DNA of 39,333 nucleotides from Bacteriovoracaceae bacterium (GTDB lineage Bacteria > Bdellovibrionota > Bacteriovoracia > Bacteriovoracales > Bacteriovoracaceae): contig JABIHA010000087.1 of NCBI GenBank assembly GCA_018649885.1, positions 62,001-101,333 on the forward strand. The letters are read 5' to 3'. Below, piece by piece: positions 8,867 to 18,564 of this stretch. The first letter of the stretch is position 1. Each line of letters begins with the position of its first letter. The translations under genes were made by a program, and so were the position numbers. The notes beneath the pieces are model-generated. The model was not told where the DNA came from and searched no databases. It saw nothing but the letters and a program-made list of their open reading frames with translations.

Positions 8867-10165
8867 CTATCTTTCCCAGTAACCGCTCTCAAGACTCTCT
8901 TCATGCTCAGGAAGCCCTCTAGATAATCTGGGACTATTTTGAATTAAAACTTCGTAGCTAACCCTGTTGCAGTACTTACTGATTTGAGCAAGCGAGGAAT
9001 AGGTCAAGTGCTTGTCTCCATGCTTAGGAGAATTGGGTACACGGGAGCGATGATGTGCATTGGAGGCCATATCGTGAAGCAAAGCTGAAAGGGCCGCGTC
9101 CCCTGCACCATTGGTATTCGTGATATTTCCAGGCCCCCCCATATATGGGTTAATATGGCTAAAAATAGTGACAGGATCATCACATTCTTCAAAGCGCATG
9201 GGCCTAGAGTATTCATATCTATTATATTCAGGAATAGATTTGCTGTGAATTTGCTGATCAGTCTCTCTAGCATTTCTTGAGTCTACGTAGCCACAGAGAT
9301 AGAGGCCTCTAGGACCATCAGTGATAAGATTAAGGTCACTTAACCCCAAGGCGACTTGACCAGCGAGAAGTGGATCACTCTGGCCAGTAAGAGCTGTTGC
9401 TTCTTGTAGATTCATGGCAAGGACAGTTACATGGTTTTTAATAAACTCTGTTAAAAAGTCTTTTTTCTCTTTTACTAGTGAGCTTGTTCCAAGGCTTAGT
9501 ACAATAGGGACATCATATTTCTTTGCCGTATGAATTGTCTTCATTACCGATTGAAATAGTGGCGCTGATTCATCTCTAAGCAAAAAAGCTGAGACTAGTA
9601 CAGCAGAAGATTCTCTGATAACTGATTCTGGGATAAACTCAGCATTGAGTTCATTCATATTTCCCTTGGAGATTCCAAATGTTCTCTCTCCGTCTGGGGT
9701 AATGAAACAAAATGCACGACCTATAGGGCCATCAACAGGCTGAAGAAAAGAAAAATCAACTTGTGAACAAGTATTGCATATATAGTTATAGGCATAGTCA
9801 CCTACTTCAATTTGTTTTGAGATAACTCCCAAGGCCACTGATCTATCATCTGAGAGTACCGAGTAATTGTGTAGAGTGTTTCCAATGGCACCGCCGGCGA
9901 ATTCACCAACCACATAACCTTTCTCTTTTGATTCCCTGTAAATTTTCTCTGCAACATCGTCGTAGATTAGTTGGCTTTGCCCTTTTTCAAGTCCATACTT
10001 TTCTAAGAATGCCTCGTCAGCATTAATTTCAATATCAATTAAAAGTTGGTCTACGCCCAAAATGTAGACTTGTTCTTTGAGTGAAATACCAATGTCAAAA
10101 GAAGGTCTATTTTTCTGTTCAACAGGAAAATAATGAGTGCGCTTACGCCTACCGGGAAATCTCAT
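8867..10165 (-). CDS. gsk: Inosine-guanosine kinase (PfkB/ribokinase fold)
   Basis: N-terminus MRFPGRRKRTHYFPV resembles E. coli Gsk. Also GGAIGNTLHNYSVL, HINPYMGGP, PfkB signature NTNGAGDAALSALLHD and C-terminal SLESGYWER. Confidence 0.93.
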   Translation of the reverse strand: MRFPGRRKRTHYFPVEQKNRPSFDIGISLKEQVYILGVDQLLIDIEINADEAFLEKYGLEKGQSQLIYDDVAEKIYRESKEKGYVVGEFAGGAIGNTLHNYSVLSDDRSVALGVISKQIEVGDYAYNYICNTCSQVDFSFLQPVDGPIGRAFCFITPDGERTFGISKGNMNELNAEFIPESVIRESSAVLVSAFLLRDESAPLFQSVMKTIHTAKKYDVPIVLSLGTSSLVKEKKDFLTEFIKNHVTVLAMNLQEATALTGQSDPLLAGQVALGLSDLNLITDGPRGLYLCGYVDSRNARETDQQIHSKSIPEYNRYEYSRPMRFEECDDPVTIFSHINPYMGGPGNITNTNGAGDAALSALLHDMASNAHHRSRVPNSPKHGDKHLTYSSLAQISKYCNRVSYEVLIQNSPRLSRGLPEHEESLESGYWER

Positions 10166-10312
10166 TTAATGGCCTTTTTTTAGTTTAAGGATACATACCA
10201 ATTCAGATTGGTAGACACAAGTTCCCTATTTCTAAGGGGCCAATTTTACACATTTTGGCTGACGATGAACCAAAGTATGGGTAATCTATTGATGAAGATG
10301 AAAATACGACTC

Positions 10313-11185
10313 ATGAAATTAATAAAATCACTAGGTTTACTCTTCGCGTTAACCATGGTTTTGTGTCATGCTCCTATGGCATTTGCCGTAAAAGTGGCCA
10401 TTGTCAGAAGCTATGATGCCATCATTTACGCTGACCAAGACCAGATTACTCCTATAGGAACTGTCTCCTATGGAAAAAGAATAAATGTTTCAGAGAAGGT
10501 GAAAGGCCGGGGCACAGTCTTTCCTCTGCTAGTTTCGGGCAAAATTGCATATATTAGGGCCTCAGATATCTATGTATTTGGAGATAAAGTTCCGGAAAGC
10601 AATAAGCGTTATTACGACAATCAACTTTTGCACCAATATGTTGAAGAAGAAAGACGAACGCGTTCTTACCATCTAGGTTTTACTTATGAGAAATACTATA
10701 AGGGCAAAGGCTGGGATGATTTAGTGCTAGCAGAAAATGAACTCCCGGGCTCCAGCATGGGAGACGCCCTTAATATTTATATTCAACATCTCCTTTATTA
10801 TTGGGTTGGGGCCAAGGCCAGCTGGTCTTTTCTCAGCACCAAAGACGGAAAAATTAGCTTTCTCGAAACCGGACCAGAGCTAGGATTTTATCTCACTTAC
10901 CCACTTGCGATCAACCACCATATAAGTGCAGATTTTACTGGCAGCTTCCATCCTTTCAGTTCTATTAAACTTACCGAATCGCGCTATAGTGGTCGCTCTT
11001 ATGGACTTAGCTTCGATGCTAACTACTCATTTGAGTTTGCTACAAGTTGGTTTTTTACAACGGCCCTCGGCTATCGAATAAAAAAATACTCTTCTGTTAT
11101 TCCAAGTTATCACAAATCTTATGAATCACTTCGTCACTGGCAAAAAGGTGTTTTTTACAACGCTGGATTAAAATTTAGGTATTAA
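10313..11185 (+). CDS. Secreted/outer-membrane protein with a possible SH3-like N-domain and a C-terminal beta-barrel
   Basis: Signal peptide ending AMA/AFA, alternating amphipathic strands, C-terminal YNAGLKFRY beta-signal. Start uncertain (10292, 10298 or 10313); the track start at 10208 is probably too long. Confidence 0.6.
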   Translation: MKLIKSLGLLFALTMVLCHAPMAFAVKVAIVRSYDAIIYADQDQITPIGTVSYGKRINVSEKVKGRGTVFPLLVSGKIAYIRASDIYVFGDKVPESNKRYYDNQLLHQYVEEERRTRSYHLGFTYEKYYKGKGWDDLVLAENELPGSSMGDALNIYIQHLLYYWVGAKASWSFLSTKDGKISFLETGPELGFYLTYPLAINHHISADFTGSFHPFSSIKLTESRYSGRSYGLSFDANYSFEFATSWFFTTALGYRIKKYSSVIPSYHKSYESLRHWQKGVFYNAGLKFRY

Positions 11186-11187
11186 TT

Positions 11188-12003
11188 ATGATTATAGAAA
11201 GTCTTATTAAAAACAAATCTCCTCTTTTCGATTGCTTTACTCCCAAGTCAGAAATTAAAGGTATATTATCAATTCCTCACTCAGGAGAAGAAATTCCAGA
11301 AGAATTCAAAGAGTTCTTATCCGGTGATACGACTGCTTATGCCAAAGATGTTGATTACAAAGTAGATGCGCTTGTAGACATTGAGGCCCTTAGGGAAAAT
11401 GGTATTATCGTCATAGTTTCTCATATCCATCGAATTACTGTGGACTTAAATAGAGCTCGAGATATAGCCCTTTTTTCATGGGAAAATAATAGCTTTGGAG
11501 AATGCCTTGTTAAACAAAGGCCTTCAGAACAAAGAAGTGAAGAGTTACTTTTAAAATACTATGACCCCTACTTTGAACTTTTGGGCTCCCTTCTTAAATC
11601 TATGGCCTCTGAGAAAAAGACACCTTTTTCATTTATTGATCTTCACAGTATGCCTAGCAAGGCCACTAACTATCACCTTTCAAAAAATCCCAATCAAAAA
11701 ATCGAAAGACCTGACTTTTGTATTTCCAATAGATCAGGAGATTCTAGTACAAGTGAATTCATAGATCTTCCAGTTGGTCTTCTTAAAGCTGAAGGCCATG
11801 AACCTGCTATTAATGATCCCTACTTTGGAGGTCACATTACCGTTTTTGCCAATGAGATAGAAAATGTAAATAACATTCAAATCGAAATAAATAGAGATCT
11901 CTATATGGATGAAGTGGCAAGAAAGCTAATTTCTGAAAAGTCAGACAAGCTCAAAGCTCATCTGACACAGGCACTTATTTCAACATTTAATAAATTCTCT
12001 TAG
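11188..12003 (+). CDS. N-formylglutamate amidohydrolase family protein (HutG-like)
   Basis: SIPHSG, DVD, RITVDLNR, YYDPY, IDLHSMP, PDFCI, NDPYFGGHIT and IQIEINRDLY motifs. Confidence 0.9.
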   Translation: MIIESLIKNKSPLFDCFTPKSEIKGILSIPHSGEEIPEEFKEFLSGDTTAYAKDVDYKVDALVDIEALRENGIIVIVSHIHRITVDLNRARDIALFSWENNSFGECLVKQRPSEQRSEELLLKYYDPYFELLGSLLKSMASEKKTPFSFIDLHSMPSKATNYHLSKNPNQKIERPDFCISNRSGDSSTSEFIDLPVGLLKAEGHEPAINDPYFGGHITVFANEIENVNNIQIEINRDLYMDEVARKLISEKSDKLKAHLTQALISTFNKFS

Positions 12004-12005
12004 AC

Positions 12006-12776
12006 CTAAAATCCGTAGATAGTATCGAGGGCAGAAATATCGCCGTCACTTAGCTCTTTTCTGTTAACAGTATATGTAGAGTCATCACTTCGTTTTGTTA
12101 TAGTAGGTTTTGTATCATCTTTAGCAAAGGAAAAGCTGCCATAGAGCATGATTGAATCCCAATCAAAGCTCCCATAATCCTTACCGAAGCAGTTCTTAAC
12201 AAAGTTCCCAATTTGATCTAATTGAATTCGTTTCCAGTGGATGTCCACATAATCACTTCGATCTTTTCTAGTCTGTTCATGCCTAAGTCCATAAGCGTGC
12301 CCTAGTTCGTGGATCAGGCTTCCAGACTTACACCAGTCGGGAACATTAATAACTTGTTTCCCACCCTTTCTACCAATATAACTATTGCAACCCCCTTCTG
12401 CTCCATTATCTTTGAAGTAGACGTAATCCTTTTGGCCTGATCTAGGAAGTATTTTAAATTTTGTGTTGGCATGGTAGTGATCTATCGCCCCTTGAATTCT
12501 CTCAGGCTCACCAAGGGATGGATCAACTTCATAGTAAATGATCCCTTTATTCCAAGTTTTCTTATTCAGTACTTTTCGACCAGTACCAAGGAGCTGATGT
12601 TTTAAGTTGATAGTGGTATCAACAATGATATCCCCTTCAGCGATGGCCAATCCATCAATATCTTTCACATGAACAAACCCACGCTCTCCATCAGCTATAA
12701 CTGGAATTTTAATAAATTCTCCAAATGCAGAACAACTGAGCACCATCAACCCTACAACTAATAAACTTAACTTCAT
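12006..12776 (-). CDS. Secreted astacin-family (M12A) zinc metalloprotease
   Basis: Signal peptide, propeptide with EGDI, GCNSYIG, extended zinc motif HELGHAYGLRHEQTRKDR, Met-turn SIMLY. Confidence 0.93.
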   Translation of the reverse strand: MKLSLLVVGLMVLSCSAFGEFIKIPVIADGERGFVHVKDIDGLAIAEGDIIVDTTINLKHQLLGTGRKVLNKKTWNKGIIYYEVDPSLGEPERIQGAIDHYHANTKFKILPRSGQKDYVYFKDNGAEGGCNSYIGRKGGKQVINVPDWCKSGSLIHELGHAYGLRHEQTRKDRSDYVDIHWKRIQLDQIGNFVKNCFGKDYGSFDWDSIMLYGSFSFAKDDTKPTITKRSDDSTYTVNRKELSDGDISALDTIYGF

Positions 12777-12785
12777 CTCTTCTCC

Positions 12786-14036
12786 CTAATCAAAAGTCAT
12801 TACACCATCAGTAGTACCTTTAATATCTACTCCTGATCGCCTCTTTTTTCGTTTTATTTCTTTGGCCTGTTCCAAGTAGTAATCCATTCTTTCTTGTTCA
12901 TTTTTAAAGTCACCAACTTCTAAGCGGAGCTTTTCACCTTCTCTGATTTCGGCTTCAAGCTCCTCTTCCATTTTTCTCCTAAGCTCCATTTCTTTTTTCT
13001 CTTTTCTCTCTTCTTCGAGTGTAGAAAAATTGCTTCCATACTTAGAGAACGCAAAATCATATAGCGGTAAGAGTTGTGGTGGTCTACTCTCCCCATTGGC
13101 CCTTTCAAGGTAACGTACAGTTTCCTTCAGGAAGGCTATGCTGTGTGGGTCATGAGACCAAGCTGAATAGAGAAAGAGAAATCCCTTTTCAGAAATTTGC
13201 TCACGGTATTTTAGTCTCTTAAACTCTTTGTACAATAGATGAGAAAATCTTGTGCTAGAGCTAGTAAACTTAATTGCTTTTAAAAATTTATCTCTATATC
13301 TTTCAGCTAATTTATGATCGAGTCGACTCCAAATAGAAAAATTGTAGACAACACCATTTCGAAGAATAGATACATGCTCTTTTTTTAAATCCTTATCTTT
13401 CGATGGTCTTCTCGTAATTCCATATTTTTTTTCAGGGTAATAGTAGAAAGACGTTGTATCTTTATGAAAATAAATAGATCTCAAATAAAAGATATGTAGG
13501 TTATGCAGCAGCTCTTCATAGGGTATCTTCCACTTTTTTATATCTTTTGAGTAAATTTCTTCCCACCTAACAGATGTAGAAGGTTTACTTAAGATTTCAC
13601 GACAAATAGGAACCCTAAATATTCTCTGATCTTCTAAGTGATAAGTGAAAAATGTATTTTTTGAAGGCTCGAAGGAGAATAAAACCTTTCCATTAGTATC
13701 GAGTAGTGTGAAACCTAATTCCAAGTGGCCCATTGTATGACTGGTTATTCGAGGCATGACTGTAAAAAGAGGATGAAAAATGGGAAGCGGAAATGTCCAA
13801 TTACCTACGTGAAAGGTTTTCCATTTTCTGCCATCATCACTGAGCTCGCTTTGATCGAAGCTTATTTTATCCGCAATGTAGATATTCTTTCCATGATCAA
13901 CAGAATGGTACCAAGATGAAAAATGAGAGCTTGCGAGTGTCTGAACGTAGGCATAGTAAGGGTAAAAATAAGCCCCAACCCCAATAGCACCTACTAAAAG
14001 GCATACAAGTACAGTCAACAATATTAATTTCTTCAC
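12786..14036 (-). CDS. Hypothetical N-terminally membrane-anchored protein with a charged coiled-coil C-terminus
   Basis: 416-aa ORF with an N-terminal hydrophobic segment and an E/K/R-rich tail. No family recognised. Confidence 0.7.
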   Translation of the reverse strand: MKKLILLTVLVCLLVGAIGVGAYFYPYYAYVQTLASSHFSSWYHSVDHGKNIYIADKISFDQSELSDDGRKWKTFHVGNWTFPLPIFHPLFTVMPRITSHTMGHLELGFTLLDTNGKVLFSFEPSKNTFFTYHLEDQRIFRVPICREILSKPSTSVRWEEIYSKDIKKWKIPYEELLHNLHIFYLRSIYFHKDTTSFYYYPEKKYGITRRPSKDKDLKKEHVSILRNGVVYNFSIWSRLDHKLAERYRDKFLKAIKFTSSSTRFSHLLYKEFKRLKYREQISEKGFLFLYSAWSHDPHSIAFLKETVRYLERANGESRPPQLLPLYDFAFSKYGSNFSTLEEERKEKKEMELRRKMEEELEAEIREGEKLRLEVGDFKNEQERMDYYLEQAKEIKRKKRRSGVDIKGTTDGVMTFD

Positions 14037-14060
14037 TATGTCATATATTTTAACATAAAT

Positions 14061-15251
14061 TTAAGGGACTAGAAGTAGGGCACGTGAGGAAAACCAAAAG
14101 AAGCCTACGAAATAAGCAGTGGACATAGACAGTTTTAAGAAACTTTCTCTATAGGCTGGCTGCATCCTATCTTTGAATAGCTTCATGGCCAGTATCGTGG
14201 CCGCTACAATCATAAGTTGTCCCAATTCAACCCCGATATTGAATAGAAATACATTCGTAAGGGCACTGGCGCCACCCACATTCTGAAAGTAGCCTTGAAA
14301 ACCAAAGCCATGGACAACACCGACCAATGTAGTGATAACTCCTGAGTAAAATAGATTTTTTACTCCCTTTTTCACGTAGGCAAGGTGAAAACAAACAAAA
14401 CCGGCCAGGGCCAAGATTTCAAAAGATGAAAAAGTCTTTGATCCAAAAAGAAGAATCATGACAATCCCAGCGGGAACTAGAAAGGCCCAAATTTTTTCAA
14501 ATGAGCGAAGCTGGTGGCGTGTTAGAAGATACTCAATACAAACAATGGAAATACTAAAACCAATTAGACTCTCAATTGAGGCCCCACTCACAGGAAAAAT
14601 AACCTGGGTACTTAGCACAAGAGAGATAAAGTGACCGATTGTAAAACCTGATACCAATAAAGTTATCTCTTTTAGAGATGAAAATGAAATTATTAAAACA
14701 ATTAAAAATAAGATGTGATCAATTCCAAAGGAGACGTGTTTAATACCTTTTACAAGCATTTCCAGAGCTCTTGCAGGCTTTACTGTTGCAGAATCACTTT
14801 TAGCTCCAAAGATCTTGTGTGAATTATTGTCTTCACTAAAGAAGTAATCTTCACCACCTACCTTTGCAAAATGTAGGTGCCTTGGAATAAGAGAAAAAAT
14901 AGACTCTATTTGAAGTTGGATATTTTTTGAATCCTGACATTTAAAGCTTCCCACAAATGCAATATAATCAATACTGGATCTAATTTTTTGAAATCTACTT
15001 GTTGCAAGACATTCTTGGTTAGAGCTAGTGACAATGAAAATTTTTCTAAGGAATTCTGAAAAATTAATTGAACTGTAGTTTTTATGAAAATATAACTTAG
15101 AAATTCTCTCTATTTCGGTTTTTCTAAAAGAAATCGTTCCCAAAAGAGAGCTTTCTTTAATTTTCCATGTGGAATAGGAATCACTTTTAGTATGCCCAAA
15201 GCAAAGAGAGCAAAATATTAAACTAAATAGTACTGTGAGTTTAAAATACAT
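14061..15251 (-). CDS. HupE/UreJ family membrane protein with an N-terminal periplasmic domain
   Basis: Signal peptide followed by His (HTKS), HLHF, GIKHVSFGIDHILFL, FTIGHFISL, VHGFGF, FNIGVELGQL and multiple TM helices. Confidence 0.88.
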   Translation of the reverse strand: MYFKLTVLFSLIFCSLCFGHTKSDSYSTWKIKESSLLGTISFRKTEIERISKLYFHKNYSSINFSEFLRKIFIVTSSNQECLATSRFQKIRSSIDYIAFVGSFKCQDSKNIQLQIESIFSLIPRHLHFAKVGGEDYFFSEDNNSHKIFGAKSDSATVKPARALEMLVKGIKHVSFGIDHILFLIVLIISFSSLKEITLLVSGFTIGHFISLVLSTQVIFPVSGASIESLIGFSISIVCIEYLLTRHQLRSFEKIWAFLVPAGIVMILLFGSKTFSSFEILALAGFVCFHLAYVKKGVKNLFYSGVITTLVGVVHGFGFQGYFQNVGGASALTNVFLFNIGVELGQLMIVAATILAMKLFKDRMQPAYRESFLKLSMSTAYFVGFFWFSSRALLLVP

Positions 15252-16089
15252 ATTTTTGGATGTCGCCTTGGCCCTTTAGTTTTTTAAGGTACCTATTTAA
15301 GGTTCTATCTTTTTTATTCTTACGATAGGCAAACTCGACAAGAGACTTAACCTCATTAAATGGCCTTAAGCTAGCTTCAACCTTATCAATTAAGTTAATA
15401 ACATAGTGAGACGATCCCACTTGTAGAGTTTGAGATATTGATCCATTTTCCATAGAACTCAGCTTTAATACTAACTTCTCTCCAAGATAACTACCCAGCC
15501 GACTCTTTGGCAGAAGGCCCAATGGAACTGATAATTTTTCGACATTTGAAACCATCTTCATTGCTTTTTTTTCACCATGGTTTTTCAAAAGTGTTGAAAA
15601 GGATTTTCCATTTGCAGAAACTTTATAGGCCAGTAACTTATAATGATCTTGAGTTAAAAATCTAGAGCGGTGCTCTTGGTAAAATTCTTTGAGTTTTTTG
15701 TCACTAACCTCTTCACTTTCTCCTTGCGAGGTTATACTTTCAATTACAGATAAAATTATCTTATTTCTTATTGCAGGGTCTCGTTTATAAATCTCAGTTT
15801 TTAATCCTTGTTGCAATAGAAGTTCCTCTTCAATCATTCTATCGAGGACATGTTCCCGATCTACTTTAGTAAGTTGATTTTTTTTATCGTACTCTAATGC
15901 TGAGAGGTATTGCTGGAAAGTATCTTCAGAGATTAACTCCCCATTCACTTTTGAGACAATTCCCTGAGATAACATCATTTTTTGATTTTCACTATTTCTC
16001 CAAAACAAAGATAGGAATAAAAGGATTAGGCAAAACACAGCAGAAAGTGGCAGAAAATAGCGATTAGTAATTTTTAATATTTTAGGCAT
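15241..16089 (-). CDS. PpiC/SurA-like periplasmic foldase, membrane anchored
   Basis: N-terminal TM, SKVNGELIS, LDRMIEEELLLQQG, LKEFYQEHRSRF, HYVINL, PFNEVK. Likely start is the ATG at 16089, just after the DUF3604 stop. Confidence 0.8.
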   Translation of the reverse strand: MPKILKITNRYFLPLSAVFCLILLFLSLFWRNSENQKMMLSQGIVSKVNGELISEDTFQQYLSALEYDKKNQLTKVDREHVLDRMIEEELLLQQGLKTEIYKRDPAIRNKIILSVIESITSQGESEEVSDKKLKEFYQEHRSRFLTQDHYKLLAYKVSANGKSFSTLLKNHGEKKAMKMVSNVEKLSVPLGLLPKSRLGSYLGEKLVLKLSSMENGSISQTLQVGSSHYVINLIDKVEASLRPFNEVKSLVEFAYRKNKKDRTLNRYLKKLKGQGDIQKYVF

Positions 16090-16093
16090 GGTA

Positions 16094-18316
16094 TTAGTAC
16101 CCCACATAGATCGGAGATGACCAGGCACGCTCCCCTATTTCCTCTCTACAATTATCAGCGAAAGCAACTCCATTACTTTCGCGACAGGCATTAGTCGAAA
16201 TACACCGTCCCTTAACATCTCTTTTACACCTTAAGTTGCCCGCATTTATCGCTGGTGTTTTTTCCTGAATGGCCTTGACGTAGTAGAGGCTATCTCTTGA
16301 GTAGTTTTTATCATCAAAAGTAAATTCACAGGTTTCACTACCACATTTTTTCACAAAGAATTTATTGTTAATTAGTTCAATTATCGGCTCACCTTTGTAT
16401 TTTTGAGGTGTTATTTTGACAACTTCGACTCTATCAATTTTATGCCTTTCAGTACTTGGCCTGTAACACTCTCCCTTACAGAGATTTCGAATACGAGTGA
16501 TATCACTACCAGAAAGGTTTAGAAATCCATCCTTATCACATCCATCTATCTGTTTAAATGAGCCTTGTGCTTTGACTTTAAATTTCGGAACACCTATGAA
16601 GTTTTTAAGTGAACTCCCCATTGGTTTAACTTTCTTTCCTCCTATAAAATCAAACCAAAGTAATATTCTAGGGCCAGAAGTTGCATAAACTTCTCTGCTT
16701 TGAAGTGCATCCCATATATCATCTCTACTTCTACCTTTTGAATGGATGGCGACGACACCTCCCGTATAGAAAAATGAAGACATTCGCTCAAGCTCCATCA
16801 ACCTAAAACTTTGTATCACCTTGCCAGGCCTTAATTTTTTGGCCTTTGCTTTTTTACTAATTTTATTATAGCCGGGAAGAAGTTTCTTTGCTTTTTTGGC
16901 CAATACCCAATTAGACTCTGTGAATTTAAATCTATTAACTTCTTTGTAACCTGCTCCAGGTTTGGCCGTGTGATTATCACTTGAGCCTATGAAACCAAAC
17001 TTAAATCTCCGGTCAACACCAGCTTTGTCAAAGTTGGTAATGGCCATCATGTACTGGGTTGAATTTCCTGGACGATGATTAAATGCTGGCAAGAAACAAT
17101 CCGTGCACTGATTAGACTCAAGCCACTGATCTGCTGGAGCTCCTGGAACAACAAAACGCCCTCTTTTGGGGCCGGCATCAACATATAATTTTATCGCCTC
17201 TTTCTCTCTTTTTTTACAATCTTTTTCGTCGAATTTTAAATTACCCAATTTAGTGGTTTTGGCCATACATCTTTTGTAAATAATCCGACCCGCCATCCTA
17301 CAACTAGGGATAAATGTAGGCGTTTCTTTTGGGCACGATCTCTCCCCTGTCTCATAATCAACATTCATGGCCCGCCAATCACGATACTCCTCAGCACTTC
17401 CATGACCTGAGTAAATTTCTGTGATTCTTTGATATTTCTTTCTATGCATCCTTCCTTTAAGTTGCTTATCAAAGCGAATCCCAGCGGGAGTATAGTTCCC
17501 CCAAGTAGTGCCGTGTGGGATTGCAAGAACAGGTTGACCTATTAAATCTAGCTTATTGAATAGGTCTTCAGGAGTAGCGGCTTCCTCTAAACAGTTATCG
17601 CCCCACTTCTCCCAGGGCTGACTCTCATCGCAATAGACCGATCTCATTCTGGCCTGGTGATAACTCATAAAACCTTTATAATCCTTACTTTTAGCATTTG
17701 GTGAAACTAACTTTACGCCCAATCGCTCCCAGTAGCCGGCCCCATTTTTTCCATCAGTCGTGGCACCCTTTATTCCTTTCGCTCCAATTGGTCTATCCGG
17801 AGTTTCACCATCAAGATAATTTTTTAAAACGATATTTCGATGTCCATAGTGATTGCCCACATAGCTTCCAGATTGTGACCATTCCCAACCAAGAAATGAA
17901 ACCATATCAGGATTTTTCTCATCTCCAGACATCTTGTTACACTGAATAATTGCTTGCTTTGTTTTCTTCCATTGATAAGGAGTAAGTCCTTCAGCGTGGT
18001 CATTGATGGACCAAAAATCGAGCTTTGAGCAGTATCTTGCAAAGTCACATGCATCTGATGGTGGATGAGTTCCATCTCCATTCATAAGAGGAAGACTTCC
18101 CATATAGGCATCTAGAGAGTAAGTGGTGTGTACGTGTAAATCACCAAATAGAATTTGCTTTTCTTTTTTAGTTTTGTCTTTAACCTTTGCCACTACTCTT
18201 TCATTTGATTTAACTGCCACTTTGGACATGGCCTTTTCTTTTTTAGAACAACTTGAAATAAAAATAGAAACCTGGACCAATAGAAAAAATAGGAAAAAGC
18301 TTTTTATCATCACCAT
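16094..18316 (-). CDS. DUF3604 family PHP-like metallohydrolase, predicted lipoprotein
   Basis: Lipobox ISS-C, FGDLHVHTTYSLDA, INDHAE, GWEWS, GHRN, IPHG, EIYSGHG, GFIGSSDNHT, REVYATSGPRI, C-terminal ERAWSSPIY. Confidence 0.88.
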   Translation of the reverse strand: MVMIKSFFLFFLLVQVSIFISSCSKKEKAMSKVAVKSNERVVAKVKDKTKKEKQILFGDLHVHTTYSLDAYMGSLPLMNGDGTHPPSDACDFARYCSKLDFWSINDHAEGLTPYQWKKTKQAIIQCNKMSGDEKNPDMVSFLGWEWSQSGSYVGNHYGHRNIVLKNYLDGETPDRPIGAKGIKGATTDGKNGAGYWERLGVKLVSPNAKSKDYKGFMSYHQARMRSVYCDESQPWEKWGDNCLEEAATPEDLFNKLDLIGQPVLAIPHGTTWGNYTPAGIRFDKQLKGRMHRKKYQRITEIYSGHGSAEEYRDWRAMNVDYETGERSCPKETPTFIPSCRMAGRIIYKRCMAKTTKLGNLKFDEKDCKKREKEAIKLYVDAGPKRGRFVVPGAPADQWLESNQCTDCFLPAFNHRPGNSTQYMMAITNFDKAGVDRRFKFGFIGSSDNHTAKPGAGYKEVNRFKFTESNWVLAKKAKKLLPGYNKISKKAKAKKLRPGKVIQSFRLMELERMSSFFYTGGVVAIHSKGRSRDDIWDALQSREVYATSGPRILLWFDFIGGKKVKPMGSSLKNFIGVPKFKVKAQGSFKQIDGCDKDGFLNLSGSDITRIRNLCKGECYRPSTERHKIDRVEVVKITPQKYKGEPIIELINNKFFVKKCGSETCEFTFDDKNYSRDSLYYVKAIQEKTPAINAGNLRCKRDVKGRCISTNACRESNGVAFADNCREEIGERAWSSPIYVGY

Positions 18317-18497
18317 ATTTCTGACTTTTTTAAACGGTTAATTTCAGAGCAAACGTAAAGCACTATATAACAATATTTTGACTAGGGATTTTCTGCAAGA
18401 TGGGGAAAAACAGTATGGTGGCAACTCTTCCTATAATCAATTACTTAAAACTGGATGGCATTGGTTTTATTTAAAAAGGCAGGTTTTATTTAGTCTT

Positions 18498-18525
18498 TAA
18501 AGTTATGGAGCTTAAAAACCGAAAG
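18498..18525 (+). promoter_or_regulatory. Sigma28 (FliA)-like promoter TAAA-N16-ACCGAAAG
   Basis: TAAAGTT at 18498 and ACCGAAAG at 18518-18525, 39 nt upstream of the lipoprotein at 18565. Same spacer as the 34479-34512 pair. Confidence 0.5.
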
Positions 18526-18564
18526 TTATGATGAGTTGTAAACAATAAATAGTGAGCGAGAGAC

